In this document: positions 1 through 13,310 of the stretch, piece by piece
Layout of the letters: each line of letters begins with the position of its first letter
How positions within the stretch are numbered: position 1 is the first letter of the stretch
Assembly (NCBI RefSeq): GCF_011386835.1
Contig: NC_088792.1
Location: forward strand, 201,686,001-201,750,000
Length of the DNA: 64,000 nucleotides
Reading direction: 5' to 3'
From: Chrysemys picta bellii
Taxonomy: Eukaryota
The notes under the pieces: model-generated
Seen by the model: the letters and a program-made list of their open reading frames with translations, nothing else
What the model was told of the DNA's origin: nothing
Database searches by the model: none
Made by a program: the position numbers and the translations under genes

Positions 1-952
1 AAAATTTATTTCAGTATTTATTTTATTATTTATTATGAATGTAAGCAGTACAAATCCTGGGGGGGAAATAGCTTCGGGACCTGCAGGTACAAAGGAGGGT
101 AGGAGGTGAGTATGATATGTAAGAAATAAATATATTTTCTCAATAGATTCAACTGCAGAAGTGCAGGAAAAGCAGCAGTGTATGTGAGTAAGGAAGAGAA
201 CCACTGAAGCAGCAGTTTTCTGTTCTTTGGAGGTGGCTAGCAAAAAAGGGAATTAATTAAATAATATCTACAACTGAATATTATTCAACAGAAATAATAT
301 GTACTAAATAATAAAATAAATATTGATATTTAAAAATCATGTTTTAATCTAATACAGGATTTGTGTCTTTCATCTGGACTGCCTTCATTACAAATATGAC
401 AGTACACTTATGACACTCATTAGCACAACATATAATGCAGATAAAAAAAAAAAAGTACCAGAGGCCAGGAAAAAAGGGAAGTTCCCAACTGGTTTGGATG
501 TATTCTTCTGTTTAATATCTTTTCTCCCTGAGAGTTGAGTATCAGGCCTGTGTCTCAATACAAGCACTGCAAATGCCCTCTGCCATCGCAGGACCTCAGT
601 ACAGGTTGTGGAAGTTGCAAACACAGGCAACGGGTAGCAACTGGAAAGGAATTATAGATGGAATACATTCCAAGCAGTTTAAAGGACTTTTGATAAAGTA
701 TATTTTTAAAAATTGCTGTTGTGAGGCTGCGGTTCTTTAAAACTTGGAACATCATCATCATAATCCTCAATACTATTTATTTTGATAGAAGAATGCTACA
801 GATAAGAGATAATGATAAATAAATGCAGAAATAAATGTAGATTGCTTGTATAAAAAGCAATGAGATAGTCCACTTATGTGAGACTTCTGAACTTTCCTCA
901 GATTCTTCTCTCTCGCCTCCCGCCCCCCCATACTCTATCCAGAAAGAACAGA

Positions 953-1385
953 TTTAAAAAATGTATTAAAGTGAATGTTTAAAATTAAATATACAGAAGT
1001 TAAAAGGGAAGGTACTGTACATCTGAGGTCAGGCTTGGGTTATGAGGGATTACAGGTGTCAGTTGCAAGTGTGAAGAGATACATACATATCACATAACCG
1101 GCATAGACCCAGATTGGGGTGCAAGAGTTTTTCAAGTGTCAGTGGATAAGTGGGCTCGGGTACGCCACCCATGGAATGTAAAAGGAGTCCAAGTTAGTAT
1201 CGGTATAGCGAATGAGTACATGGGTGGGGTGCGTCCCTTGGTTCGTCAGGGAAGGAAGTGGGTTATTTCCCTGGTCGGTAGTCTCAATTACTCAGTGTGG
1301 TATTGGCGGTGTCCTGTGATGTGTTCCGTATAAATGTCTCTGGACCACCTGATGGAGTCGGACACCATGAGCTGTCTGATAGTAC
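953..1385 (-). mobile_element. 5'-truncated Utopia-like non-LTR retrotransposon with restriction-like endonuclease (C-terminus and 3' UTR only)
   Basis: Minus strand reads RQLMVSDSIRWSRDIYTEHITGHRQYHTE* (stop at 1288-1290), near-identical to the C-terminus of the copy at 22.6 kb. The 3' UTR shares GTACCCGAG and CAGATGTACAG with that copy. The 3' flank is TCTGTTCTT. Confidence 0.8.
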
Positions 1386-2226
1386 ATGGCTAAAGAATCT
1401 ATGAGATACCCACTAAAACCATGATTCTATAAAGCCTTGCTCGTGAACTTAACTTTAAGCATGTAAGTAGCTACACTGGACTCAATAAGACTTCTGAACT
1501 CATTGGGACTACTCACATGTTTAACATTTAAGTACATGGCTAAGTCACGGCTGAGATTGGGGCCTCAATGAATGTCTTTTATTGCAGAAGATCTTGAATC
1601 TGCTATTTGCATGTTACAGCATAACTTCCAAAGGCTGAATAAAAAGTCTGGGACCACAGTGGGCCCAAGTCCAGCAACATGTGACACTACGCTGATCACT
1701 TCAGTTACAGAAGACCCGTTTTATTCTGAGACATGGCCATGCCAGTGTGATAATTATCTTGTTATTAAAGGTGACCTGTAAATAGATTTTTTAAAAAATC
1801 CAACTGCTTTGGATTTGGACACTCAGGTCCCCCTAGGAATTGGTGTAAGAGAGTATTCAGCATCCCTAAGAAGTGTCTGTAACTGCCATTGCAGTTTGCC
1901 AACCACCAGCCTATGTGAGTCTCCAACATGCAGTGAGTCAAACTAAATATACTAAACACTCTATAAGTACATTAAACATGAATATTTAAAAACCACTCAA
2001 GAAAGTGGAACAAAACACAATTTGCCTCACACTCATAGGTCAGCTCCTGTTTCTATTGTTGTGGATATGACACACCAGGCACAGTGCGTTCTGGAGAGTC
2101 ATGAGGGCACATTGTGCTTTGACAGCAAAACTCCAGGCTGCTCAAGGGAACTGAATTACACAGTTAGATGACCCTCAACTGAGAATGCTCTGCTTCAAGT
2201 CCCAACAAATGTATATATATCTAGAG

Positions 2227-2537
2227 CAGGGGTAGGCAACCGATGGCATTCATGCTGAAGGCGGCACGCCAGCTGATTTTCAGTGGCACTCACACTGCCC
2301 AGGTCCTGGCCACTGGTCTGGGGGGCTCTGCATTTTAATTTAATTTTAAATGAAGCTTCTTAAGCATTTTAAAAACCTTATTTACTTTACATACAACAAC
2401 AGTTTAGTTATATATTATAGTCTTATAGAAAGAGACCTTCTAAAAACATTAAAATGCATTACTGGCACAAGAAACCTTAAATCACAGTGAATAAATGAAG
2501 ACTCGGCACACCACTTCTGAAAGGTTGCCGACCCCTG
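2227..2537. mobile_element. hAT (Charlie/Buster-type) MITE
   Basis: TIRs CAGGGGTAGGCAACC / GGTTGCCGACCCCTG; perfect 8-bp TSD ATCTAGAG (2219-2226, 2538-2545). Same family as the opposite-orientation copy at 37192-37490. Confidence 0.9.
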
Positions 2538-2980
2538 ATCTAGAGGATATCAGAATAAATGCATCAGTTGATCACAGTTGCCACACTCGTGAGTAGGATA
2601 ATAGCTTGTCTGTAAGGTAAACAGACCACAAGTGGTATGATCTTTTATAAAGCAAGACCAACACACTGAATTACACCTAAACGCAGATGGAAAAACGAAC
2701 ATAATGCTCAAGCACAAGTGCAAAACACTAATACCAACCGTGCTCCGCTGCCACACTAGTACTATCAGATAGTTTCTGTTATGTATGTGGAATTTCTTAT
2801 CAAATCTATTTCTTTCCTGGGGCTCTCCCCCTCCAATTTTCTTCCTTTAAAGCAACTACCAAATCATAATAACTAGGCCTCTGATATGTACTGTTTAATA
2901 ACAATTCAAAACAATGAGTAAAGTCCATAGGAAATGAAGATGACTAAGGGAGCGCGTTCCTTTATAACTATTTATGACAT

Positions 2981-3016
2981 CACAACACAACACAACACAC
3001 ACACACACACACACAC
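2981..3016. repeat. (CACAA)n/(CA)n compound microsatellite
   Basis: Directly visible simple repeat. Confidence 0.95.
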
Positions 3017-3318
3017 TCCTAAGAGCTATATTATGTATCTTTTAAAACTAGTTTTTAAATGCTATTGATGTAGTTTTTGAACTGGCAATTCCAAAGTTTA
3101 TGCTCTCTCTCTGTGAATGGCAGGAGGAACTGCATTGCAGAAGGCAAAGATGTGTGTTGGAGGACCAGTGGGTTGATTATAGGGGTTTTTCATGTACAAT
3201 GCTCCAGAAAACAAACTTTTACATATAGATAATACCACTAGAAGTTTGGTAATGAGTGGGTTAAATCAGTACAATTAACCAGTATGAAAAAATGGAATAT
3301 TTCTCACCAGTAATTTCC

Positions 3319-6177
3319 TTTCTGCTAGCAGTGTCTCGCACAATTCTTCATGTCTGGGGCCTGGGCGGCTCTCTTCACTCTGATGCTCAGGGAGGTGAAT
3401 CAGAGTTTTGGAGCCACATGGTCTGGTCACACCCCCTTAGCTCTTCCTTGCTTCCAGATGAGTTATTCAGCTATTATAAGCTGTGAAACTTGCATAACGT
3501 CATTAATAACAAATATTCCAGAGATGCTAAAATAACTATGCACATTAGACCAAGGAAGATGGTCATATGGTAACAATTCCACTTAATATCTGACCCTTGA
3601 TTCAAGAGCCATCCAGGTAGAATTGTGGGAAACGCTGCTAGGAGAAAATAAATTATCGATAAGAAATTTTCCATTCTGCTGCTCAACATCTCCCACAATT
3701 CTGACACTTAGGAAGAAGTGAGCAGTGAACAAATGGAGAGAGGATTATAGAAAAGGACAGAAAAATGAAAATGGTCTCCCTCCCATCTATAATATTTGCT
3801 CAAAGAGCAAAATCATTTCCAGACCATCGTCTGCAGCAGAGGACAGGAAATCCATCTTGTAATGCTTGATAAAGGTGGTAGCATTTGACCAGCTGGCTGC
3901 CTCAAAAGTTTTCATGTAGATCCATTAGCTCTTTCTGCCCACAAGGTCGCTAGGGATTGCGTGTGGTGTGCCCTGATCACTTCTGGAACTAGAATTTCTG
4001 ATGCCTTGCATGCTCTTACAATGCATAGTCTAATCCACCTAGCAATAGAAGACTGGGAAGCTCTATCCTTAGCATTTTGGATTAAAGGCTACAAACAGGC
4101 AGCTGATCTCTTGAAGGCTGTATGTTTGAGGTAAATTTTCAGAGCCCTTCTGATAGCTAAGTTGTGCCATCTCTCTTCGGTGGGATGCTGTGGCCTTGGA
4201 CAGAATGTAGAACCACCTCTCAGGAAGCATGGAAAGAAGAGTTCACCTTCGGGATAAATGATTCCAGAGTTCTGAGCATCACCTTATCCTCGTGGAACAC
4301 ACAGTCAGGTTCCTGCCTACAGAGGGCCGTCAGCTCTGAAACTTGCCTATGGACATGTTGACTATGAGAAAGCACATTTTGATGGACAAATAAAATATTG
4401 ACATTGACATCAGTGATTTGAAGGGATGGTTTGTCAGGGCTCTCAATACAAGGGGCAAGTCCCACTTGGGAAAAAGAGGTCTAATTGCTGGCTTGGCTAA
4501 GTGGATCACCCTTAGGAATCTGGGTACTTGGGGGTTCTCTGCGGATCCTGAAAACATCATGCTACTAAGGGCAGACACCTGAGTGCAATGATGCAGGGTT
4601 GGAGACCTTTGTTGAAGCCTTCTTGGAGAAAATCCAAGATAGCCAGAATTTCTGGATTCTAGGGTTTGCTTTGTGTTCCTGGCACCACCTGCAAAACCTG
4701 GTCCAGATAAAGGAGTATGCATTCAAGATCAATATTGTTCTACAAGAAAGAAGTGTTTTTATGACATTTGAGGACAGGCCTAATGATACTAGTGCTTCCT
4801 TTTCACTAGCCAAGCTGAAAGATGCAGGCGATTCTGGTCCGGGTGAAACAGAGGACCTTGTGAGAAGATGTCCTGTCTCTTTGGGAGCTGTAATGACAAT
4901 CCCAATTTCAGCTCTACCAGGTCCAAAAACTAGGGTCTCCCTGATCAACGTGTGGTTACCAATATTACTGTCACCAGTTCTCATTTTATTTTCTCGATCA
5001 TCTTCTCTAATAATGGGAAGGTGGAAACTCAGAGGAAGCTCTGTGGCCATCTGTGTGATAGGGCATCTGTCTCCATGGATCTAGGGTCCACTTCCCTGGT
5101 GAAATACTTTAGTGTCTTCGGGGTCATGTGGTTCGCAAATAGGTCAGTTGAGGGCAGGCTGAACAATTGGATTAACTCGAAGACTTCCTGATTCAGGCAG
5201 CACTCGGAGTTATTCACCTTGTGGCTGCTAAATCAGTCTGCCTTCTTGTTCAGATGGAGAGGAAAAACAGCTCCACCCACTGCATGATTTCCATTGCTTT
5301 GGCATATAACACTGGGCTTCTTGCTGACCCTGCATTGTTCACATATGCTACTCTGGTCATGCAGTCTGACTGAATCAGGACTTGGTTCCCCCTCTAGGCT
5401 GGAGGGAACCTTTGTAGCACTGACTTGACTGCTACAAGGTCAAGTTCTAGGAGGTTTATGCTGTGGGTCCTTTCCACCAGGGTTCAGACGCTTTGAGCTT
5501 TTTAGGATCCCAGGTGTGCTTCCCAGCCCTCCAGACTGACATCGGTTGTGAAGATGAGGGGATCTGGAAGGCATATGGTCATACCCTTGTGGACACTGCC
5601 CTGGACTGACCACCATTTTAAGGAGTTGATCATCTGTGCTGGAACCCTCACTTGATCCTTCATGAGTTCCAGGGAGAGATCCCATACTATTAAGAAGAAG
5701 CCTTGAAGGAGCCTGATGTGTGATTGCTCCCATGGAATGATGCATGATATCAGGGGGCCTAGCAGTTGAAGGCTCAATGCAATAATGGGCCTCTTGCAGT
5801 TCCAAAACAACACGAGGAGGTCTTGAATCTTCTGGAACCTCTGTTGAGATAGACATATCCTTGCAATCCAAGTGTCTATGTCCATTCCCAAGTGGGGTAT
5901 TTGGGTGGACGGAACCAACAAGCTTTTCTTGATGTTGATAATGAAGCCATGCCTCAAATTTTGACAAAAAAAGCCACTCATAGGCAGACAAGAAGGTGGG
6001 AGCTGTAAAAACCACCGTCTGCATGCTACCATGGAGGCAGAAAACCTGGAAGCAACAAGAAGTTAAGGGGGCGTGGCCAGACCATATGGCTCCAGGACTC
6101 TGATCCACCTCCATGAGCTGCAGAGAGGAGAGCAGCGCAGACCTCAAGAATTGTGGGAGATGCTGGGTGCAGAAATG
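3319..6177 (-). mobile_element. Internally deleted DIRS-type tyrosine-recombinase retrotransposon with ITRs and ICR
   Basis: RNase H motif IFTTDVSLEGWEAHLG (5502-6032); DLFA segment (5029-5217); tyrosine-recombinase-like pieces (4330-5050, e.g. PLFPKWDLPLVLRAL). Terminal regions 3319-~3440 and ~6050-6177 are inverted copies. Internal 3619-3647 and 3672-3702 are reverse complements of the two termini. Confidence 0.85.
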
Positions 6178-8438
6178 ATTAAAACATGTCAATGTGGCAT
6201 AATGCTTGCAAGATGTAATTCATTAATACAGGAAAATGGCAGTGAATTTTTCTGGAAGGCTCAATGCATCATGTGTGACCATTTCTGTTAATATGAAAGT
6301 ATGACCATGTTCATAACATAATTTAGAACATAATGCACAATCTAAAATTGCTAAATAATTCTATGCGGAATGTCATAAGACTGCAACACTTTCATAGTCA
6401 ATAGTGTTATAGTACTATTTTAAAACTATATTTGATTCAGGGAAATTAAGGCAACAGTGAATGTTACTGTAGGAAATAAAATACATGTCCAGTCCACATA
6501 AACTTGCATGCAACCACTTTTAGGAATCTGTGAATAGATATTCTATCCTGTCAATATATTTCTCATATAAATCCAATTACTTGTCCTAGCAGCAACCCTT
6601 TTGACTGATAATTAGATTTGTATTGCTTTGGTTTTACTTGTGAATTTACATTTAAAGGGTCTAGACTGTACCACGCGCAGTTGTGTTGCATGTTCTAACA
6701 TTCATATATATTTACATTTGTGTCAGTGACCAGATTTGTTTAGGAGCTTCATTCAGATTTTCAAACACTCTATTGTACATCTCAGTGTGCATCTCTAAAC
6801 TGAGCCATGCCAGGAAAATTCTGGAGGGAGGAAATTGACTAGAAATAAAGATCAAAATCAATGTCACAGCACAAGCAACTGTTTGTATATATACAGAAAA
6901 TTCTAATTATTCAAGCTACTTTTTTTCCTTTTAAAAATTACCAGCTAAATTTAAACAGGAATTTTTGGGGGTTGGGGGGGTGGGGAGAAGAGCAAACAAC
7001 TGCCAAATGATTCTGAAAGCTCAATTCATAGACTAGTCTGCCATGGGTCATAAAACAGCACCATAGAGTTTATAGGTACAGTGAGAACTCTTGACAGATA
7101 CAAAAAACAGATTTAGAATTGAAGTTGAAAATTATATAAAAATAGCTATATAGATACACACATTCTAGCTCTCTGTTGGAGTACACTTCCAAAAATAAAC
7201 TAGTCAAATGGATATCTTCCTAGAAAAGCTGATTACATAAGCATAATTGCACAAAACACAAGTACCTGCACTATCTCTCTGCAAAGTATAAATAGTTCAA
7301 AGTTACATTAGACAGTCTTATTTTAAAATGCTATTGTTCTAAAGCTCGTGCACTTTCTTATAATCCCTTTAAAAAAAAAGGAAAAAAAAGAAGTATAAAA
7401 CCCCAACCTTCAAGATTCAAAATACACGTTCTCCAGTGTTATATAACGTGTAATTAGAGCTTGTAAAAATCTTTGCAAGATTTTTTCCTAGCAGTGAAAA
7501 TTGGTTATTAAAAGAATAAAAGCCTTAACAATTCAAACAGTTTGTTTTTATTTTTTAAGTTGCTTAATGTACTAACAATGTGGTTTTCTCCACATTATAA
7601 ATGGCATGGAAGCATTTTCAGACCAACGGTGTTTTTTCTTTAATAGTTTCCACGACCAAATACACATTTCTACTTTTGCACCCAGTCTTCACTTTGTTGT
7701 TGTTTTTGTGACACCAAGTGACAAAGAATGCCATATTTTGCCAGTCATTAATTAAAGGAGGACCAGAGCAAGGCCATCTACAGAAACCCTGTGTATGGAT
7801 CAGCCTGAGCTGAAGAGAGGCTTGGGTTGAAATGCTAGTTATTAATTTATTTGGATCCAGAGGCAACAAATTCCAGCACAGGAAGCTGGGAGGGCTGTAC
7901 TAAAGTCAAACATCCTGCCTACAGCTCAGAGGCAAGGTGAATCTTATCTTGTCTCTCTGCTTAGCTCCTTACACAAAGCACTATTACAGATTTGGGCAGG
8001 AAGGGTGAATTTCCCCCTACGTTCATTCAAACAATGCAATGACAGTGGGGTTTTCTGCTTACACAAATTTCAAACGCTTTTTAGTAGGAGGAGGATGAAT
8101 TAGCTATGTATGGTTAAAACTAGTTTCTGCAAACAACAACTTAACATAGCAAGCTGTCTCTTGGAGAATCTGCCAAAGGAGGATTTTAGACCCCACAAAT
8201 ATTCTTAGATTTTTATTTTACTTTTTCTAACCTACCTCCTTGACTTGGATTCCAATATAATTTTCATTTAAAAATTTGAGCAGGAATTGCCCAACCCTAG
8301 GCAAGACTTATCCCCTTTGGGCAGGGGTACAAGTCCTGAAAACACTGCAATTTGCCACAGTTCTGCTATATATGCCATGTGCAGGGAGACTCTGTACCCC
8401 ATATTTCTGCATGGACGTCTTGTTTATATCAACTAGAG

Positions 8439-8775
8439 CAGGGGTCGGCAACGTTCGGCATGCGGCTCGCTAGGGTAAGCACCTTGGGAGGCCGGGCCAG
8501 TTTTATTTACCTGCTGATGCGGCAGGTTCGGCCGATCGCGGCCCCCACTGGCCGCGGTTCGCCGTCCCGGGCCAATGGGGGGGAGCGAGAAGCGGCGCGG
8601 GCGAGCGATGTGCTGTCCGCGGCTTCTCGCCATCCCCATTGGCCCGAGACGGCGAACCGCGGCCAGTGGGGGCCGCGATTGGCCGAACCTGCCGCGTCAG
8701 CAGGTAAATAAAACTGGCCCGGCCCACCAGGGTGCTTACCCTGGCGAGCCGCGTGCCAAACATTGCCGACCCCTG
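8439..8775. mobile_element. Fold-back hAT MITE, GC/CpG-rich, with inverted arms of about 150 bp
   Basis: TIRs CAGGGGTCGGCAA / TTGCCGACCCCTG; perfect TSD AACTAGAG (8431-8438, 8776-8783). The inverted arms explain the mirror-image ORFs in the track. Confidence 0.92.
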
Positions 8776-9045
8776 AACTAGAGCTTTGCTCAAAGATCAA
8801 GAGTATATTTGGACCACAATTTGTATTGATGTTGCTGATGCCAATCCAGATAAAGTTACTCTATCAACTCCTCTTCTGCTTTTTGGTTATGCTGATATAA
8901 TGTCTGTGGCACAGAAGCCTGCCTACTTATGCTGGATAGCAACAAACACAACCACCAGTAGGAAAACGGAACAATACTCTTAGGTAAATGACTATATTTG
9001 TGTGAAACTCCAAGCAGCCTGCTTTTTCTATTTTATGTTCTTTTT

Positions 9046-9184
9046 CTCAAAGAGGCCCCGTCAGTTGACCTATGACTGATTGAGGCAGCATTTCTGTTTC
9101 CATAGCAACCTCCAGAATCCACAGATTCCTCTCATCCCCTTCCTCTCTCCTCCGTCCTACTGTTCTTTAACACCAAGCTAATTG
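9046..9184 (+). repeat. 139-bp segment duplicated at 13619-13757
   Basis: Manual ungapped alignment: 132/139 identical, all 7 differences are transitions, same orientation. Confidence 0.92.
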
Positions 9185-10390
9185 AACTACTATAATCCAC
9201 TGGCATTTTCTTTCTCAGGTAGCCTTCAAATTTTGTCTTTTACCTTATAAACAATTATGTAGGAAAAGCATGAATGGTCATTGAGCTCCCAGAAATTTAT
9301 CGACATTAGGTTATCATCATAAACTTGTGCATAAAAATGAAACAATAAGGGAAGAGAAGATTTTCCATTTCTAGCACCCTGTACAAAAGCTCTTCATCTT
9401 TTAGTTTGTGACTACCAATCACCACCCACCAGCCCTCCAACACTATACTGATTGTTATTCATTTTCCTTTCTTCATTAAAACATTTTTTTTTATACACAG
9501 GCTTTATAATCTGTTCATAGGAGAGAAAGTGAACTGATGTTTCTTGGATCTAGTTACATTAGCAGACTTTTGGTGAGCCTGGGTAACCAAGAATGAGCTG
9601 CAATAAAACTTATCTTAAGCAACCATCCAGAAACTGGTTGCCTAATAGAAATGACCATTAACTAAAGAACAAACAAACTGTACTGTGGAAACCTTAGGAT
9701 TAAGGTTAAAAATTATACTTTAAGAAAGTTGTTGCCTACTAGAGGTTTAGTGCAGGTTTCACTGTATGTGCAACCCATAGGGATATGCTTCTAGTAAGAT
9801 GTACCATGGATTTATTATTTGTTTAGCACCAGCAGTTTGCCAGGTGCTTTACAAATAGTCTCTGAACTGAAGACCTTACTATTTAGGGAGACACAGAAGG
9901 GGGATGGGAGGAGACAAATAGCAGCATAAATGAACAGCAAAACATGGCAAATGTTTTGTTAGCTCCCTAGTTTGTTTCCTAATAAGCAGGAATGAGGTGG
10001 GAATTGGATAGGGGTGTGTAGAAAAATCACCTGCTGAGTTGTGAACAGATCTCAGAGGGGAGAAGTAGGGCAAGGCAAAGTAGGGATTTAGCCATACAAC
10101 TAACATGAACAGAAGTGGTACAGCTAAATCTTCATACACTGATTTGAAAATTCATCCTAGAAAGTCAATTAAATACATATTGAAAATATTTTCCATACAT
10201 CCAGGAGACTTCTGGTTTGTTTTGTCGTGAATCCCACAAGAGCAAAATAAATGGCATTGCCATCCTAATATTTGGCTACCTAGCTCTTATTCCATGAAGT
10301 AAAAGCTAATGGAACACATGAAACCTGATTAAATATTCTGCTAAAGTTAAGCTATGATTCACCTGTTTTTCACTATTACTAATATAATTC

Positions 10391-10584
10391 TACCTCTACC
10401 TCGATATAACGCTGTCCTCGGGAGCCAAAAAATCTTACCGCATTATAGATGAACCGCGTTATATTGAACTTGCTTTGATCCACTGGAGTGCGCAGCTCTG
10501 ACCCCCACCCCCACGGAGCACTGCTTTACCACGTTATATCCGAATTCGTGTTATATCAGGTCACATTATATCGAGGTAGCGGTG
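10391..10584. mobile_element. Tc1/mariner (Tigger-like) MITE, copy 1 of 3
   Basis: Ends ACCTCTACCTCGATATAACG ... TTATATCGAGGTAGCGGTG followed by TA; internal sequence shared with 24636-24824 and 27845-28035. Confidence 0.85.
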
Positions 10585-10599
10585 TACTTGTATTAGTGC

Positions 10600-10840
10600 T
10601 TGAAGGCCCTAAGTTCAAAGCACCATTATATTAGGCACTGGACAAACCCATACTAAGAGACAGTGTGCTCCCCCTACCTCCCAAAGAGCACACAATATCA
10701 AGAGACAAAACAGAAAAAGGGTGGGAGAAAAGAAATACTCCTCCCATTTTTCAGACACAGAGTAATTAACTGACTTGCTCAAAGTTACACAGGAAGTCTG
10801 TCGCAGGGCCGGGATTTGAAGTGAAGTCTCCTGCATTCAA
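10600..10840. mobile_element. Degenerate MIR/L2-like repeat
   Basis: Contains a cacagagtaattaactgacttgctcaaagttacacag segment resembling MIR/L2-related repeats; boundaries approximate. Confidence 0.45.
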
Positions 10841-13310
10841 CTTTAGTATTTTAGGCACATTCTTTCTTCCTCATGTGCATGTAACGTCTCAATGTTAATG
10901 GCAGGGGCTTCCCTCAACCACTGAATAAAGAACAGTCACCTATGAAAGTTCACTAGTTGCACTAGAACCCTCCATCAATCAAAGTAATACAATGAGGCTT
11001 ACCATTAAAATTTTACAAGTAAAGATTTGTATGAAACTGACAAACTACAGACATTATCAGAGAAACTGCTTTTGATATTTGCGTAAAGATATGTCTATAG
11101 GAATGCACTGTGCATTTAGATGCACAGTCTATGTAACGTGATCAAAGTACTACTATAACTAAGTTTTTGGTTTGGTTCACATCCTGACACAGCACAAAAA
11201 AGGTGATGTATCCTAACACTACTTAAATTTTCATCAAGGAGGCTTGCAGACACAGCTAAATCAGGAATTACAAAGATATACAAACAATTTACTGGATTCT
11301 ATAAAACTGTTAAATTTGTTATAATGGATGCGCATGCTAACACAGAAATGTCTGCATTTTGTAGTGGATTGAGCTAAGCGATCCAAATGTCTTTCTTTCC
11401 TATTCTGGCTGTTGAGCAGGGTATGTGTGCTGATGTTTGGTGGATATTTAATGGTGTATGGGCAGTCCTTCATGCTATATTGTATTGCATATTTTAATTT
11501 ATGAGGCAGGTGCCAAGATAATAGAATTAGTGTCTACAGATTTTTTTAAAATAAATTTGCAGAAATAACTTTATATGCATGTACGGTCTGGCACTGCGGA
11601 CAATGAAATCAAAGGCAAAATTCTCATGGTCTTCCATGAAGTTGAATCAGGCCCACAGTTTGCAATTCTATAAAGCTTAGTGAGGCTTGTAAGAATTACT
11701 ATATAAATCAAATTTATGGAAAATCAAAGAGGGCTTTCTCAACATATTAAACATTTAACAAAAGTATGGTAGTATATTTTAACTTATAAATATGATGATT
11801 GATGCTGCAAGAAGCAACAGGCAACCAGAAAGGAAGGAAAAAAGAGTGTCTGATATGAGATAAATAAAAAAGAAAGTACAGCTTTGCTAAGAAGGGATAG
11901 AGACTCAAATGGGGCACATGAGAGAATCTGGAAAGAGCCCAGAGAAAGACTCATGCAATAATAAAAATAATAATAAAAATAAAAAGGGAAAAACAAGATA
12001 GGGGAAAGACACTGGATAAAAAAAGAGAGAACAAGAAAATTTTAATGAAGAGCCTGAAAAAAATAACTAGCAAAACCAGAAAAAAAACAGTAAAACAATT
12101 CAGACATTTTTGCATTAAAAAATTATAGAATACTGCAAAAATATTTTCCTTCTGCTAAATAAGAATTAGAATCTCAACTTTTAACTCTCACACAGCAACT
12201 ATTGTGCAAGAGTTTACAGAGAAAGAAATGTATAGATGTTATTTTCATAAAAACTTTTACTGATCCAAACATGCCATTGGAATTAATTTGCAAGTACATT
12301 AGAGTGCAATAATGTAACAAACTTTGATCTACTTATATTTAATTTACTAGGTAACTGTCCTATATGCCAAATTTAACATAAGTGGTCATGTTGCTAACAC
12401 AACATGAGTGTTCTCCCCAGAAGATTTATTTTCTTCCTTTCTAATTAAAGTGCCATCTGTTGATATTAAGGCTTTTTGCAGACATGTTCTTTTGATTTAT
12501 CTGAATACTGTTGACCTGCACAAAGATGGGAGATTCATAATATTTCAGCAAGAGATACCTGTTTTAAGTTTTCCTATAGGACAACAGATTCACAGCAGCT
12601 ATGACTCTTTTCCCTGTGCATTTTTAAGCCACTCAGAAGTTAACTAGTACAAATCCTTTCCCAATTCACACATCCAGATATATGATATCTCTTTCATGTT
12701 ATAAAAACAATTCTAAGTAAGTTTTTATCCTTGTTGATCTGTTACCTTTAATCAGTGAAGCAGGAAATGTGGATGCTAAAATGCACTGTAACGAAGACTT
12801 GCCTTGTAAGCAGAATTCTTGTAACATTTGGGAATGAACATTTAGAAATAACTACCTTTTCATTAATTGCTATAGATTTGTACAGCAGCTATAGTAAGTG
12901 ATTTTATAAAAGTGAAAACATTGTTGCTCACTTAGTAAAGTCATGATCAGGGATTCTAGTTTTCTGTGATTAAACAAACCCAAAATTCTCTGATTAAAAA
13001 AACCCATAAAAATCTGCATTTTCCCTTGATTAAAATGAAATGCTGAACTTTAGTTTCTCTATCCACAATGTATATAGGTATCAGTTGAACACAGAGAGTT
13101 TTATTGACATATTTATAATTTTTAAGCAAGTATGAAGCCTACCAGTGCTTTCAATCAATATAATAAAATAAATAGAATTGCAATTTGTATTTCTTACATA
13201 CACCAAATACTTCTCTGTCTGTAGTCTATATTTTCAGAAAATTGTTTTTTTTAAATGCAGAAAAAATAAAGCCAAAAATGCTTTTATATTAACATTACTC
13301 ACTTTCTGAG

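Noticed and set aside
5440-6192. 250-aa ORF, the longest in the window
   Set aside because: Alternative frame over the DIRS RT/RNase H region that crosses a deletion junction into the ITR; not a host gene.
8352-8800. Near-identical ORFs on both strands
   Set aside because: Mirror images produced by the palindromic MITE at 8439-8775.
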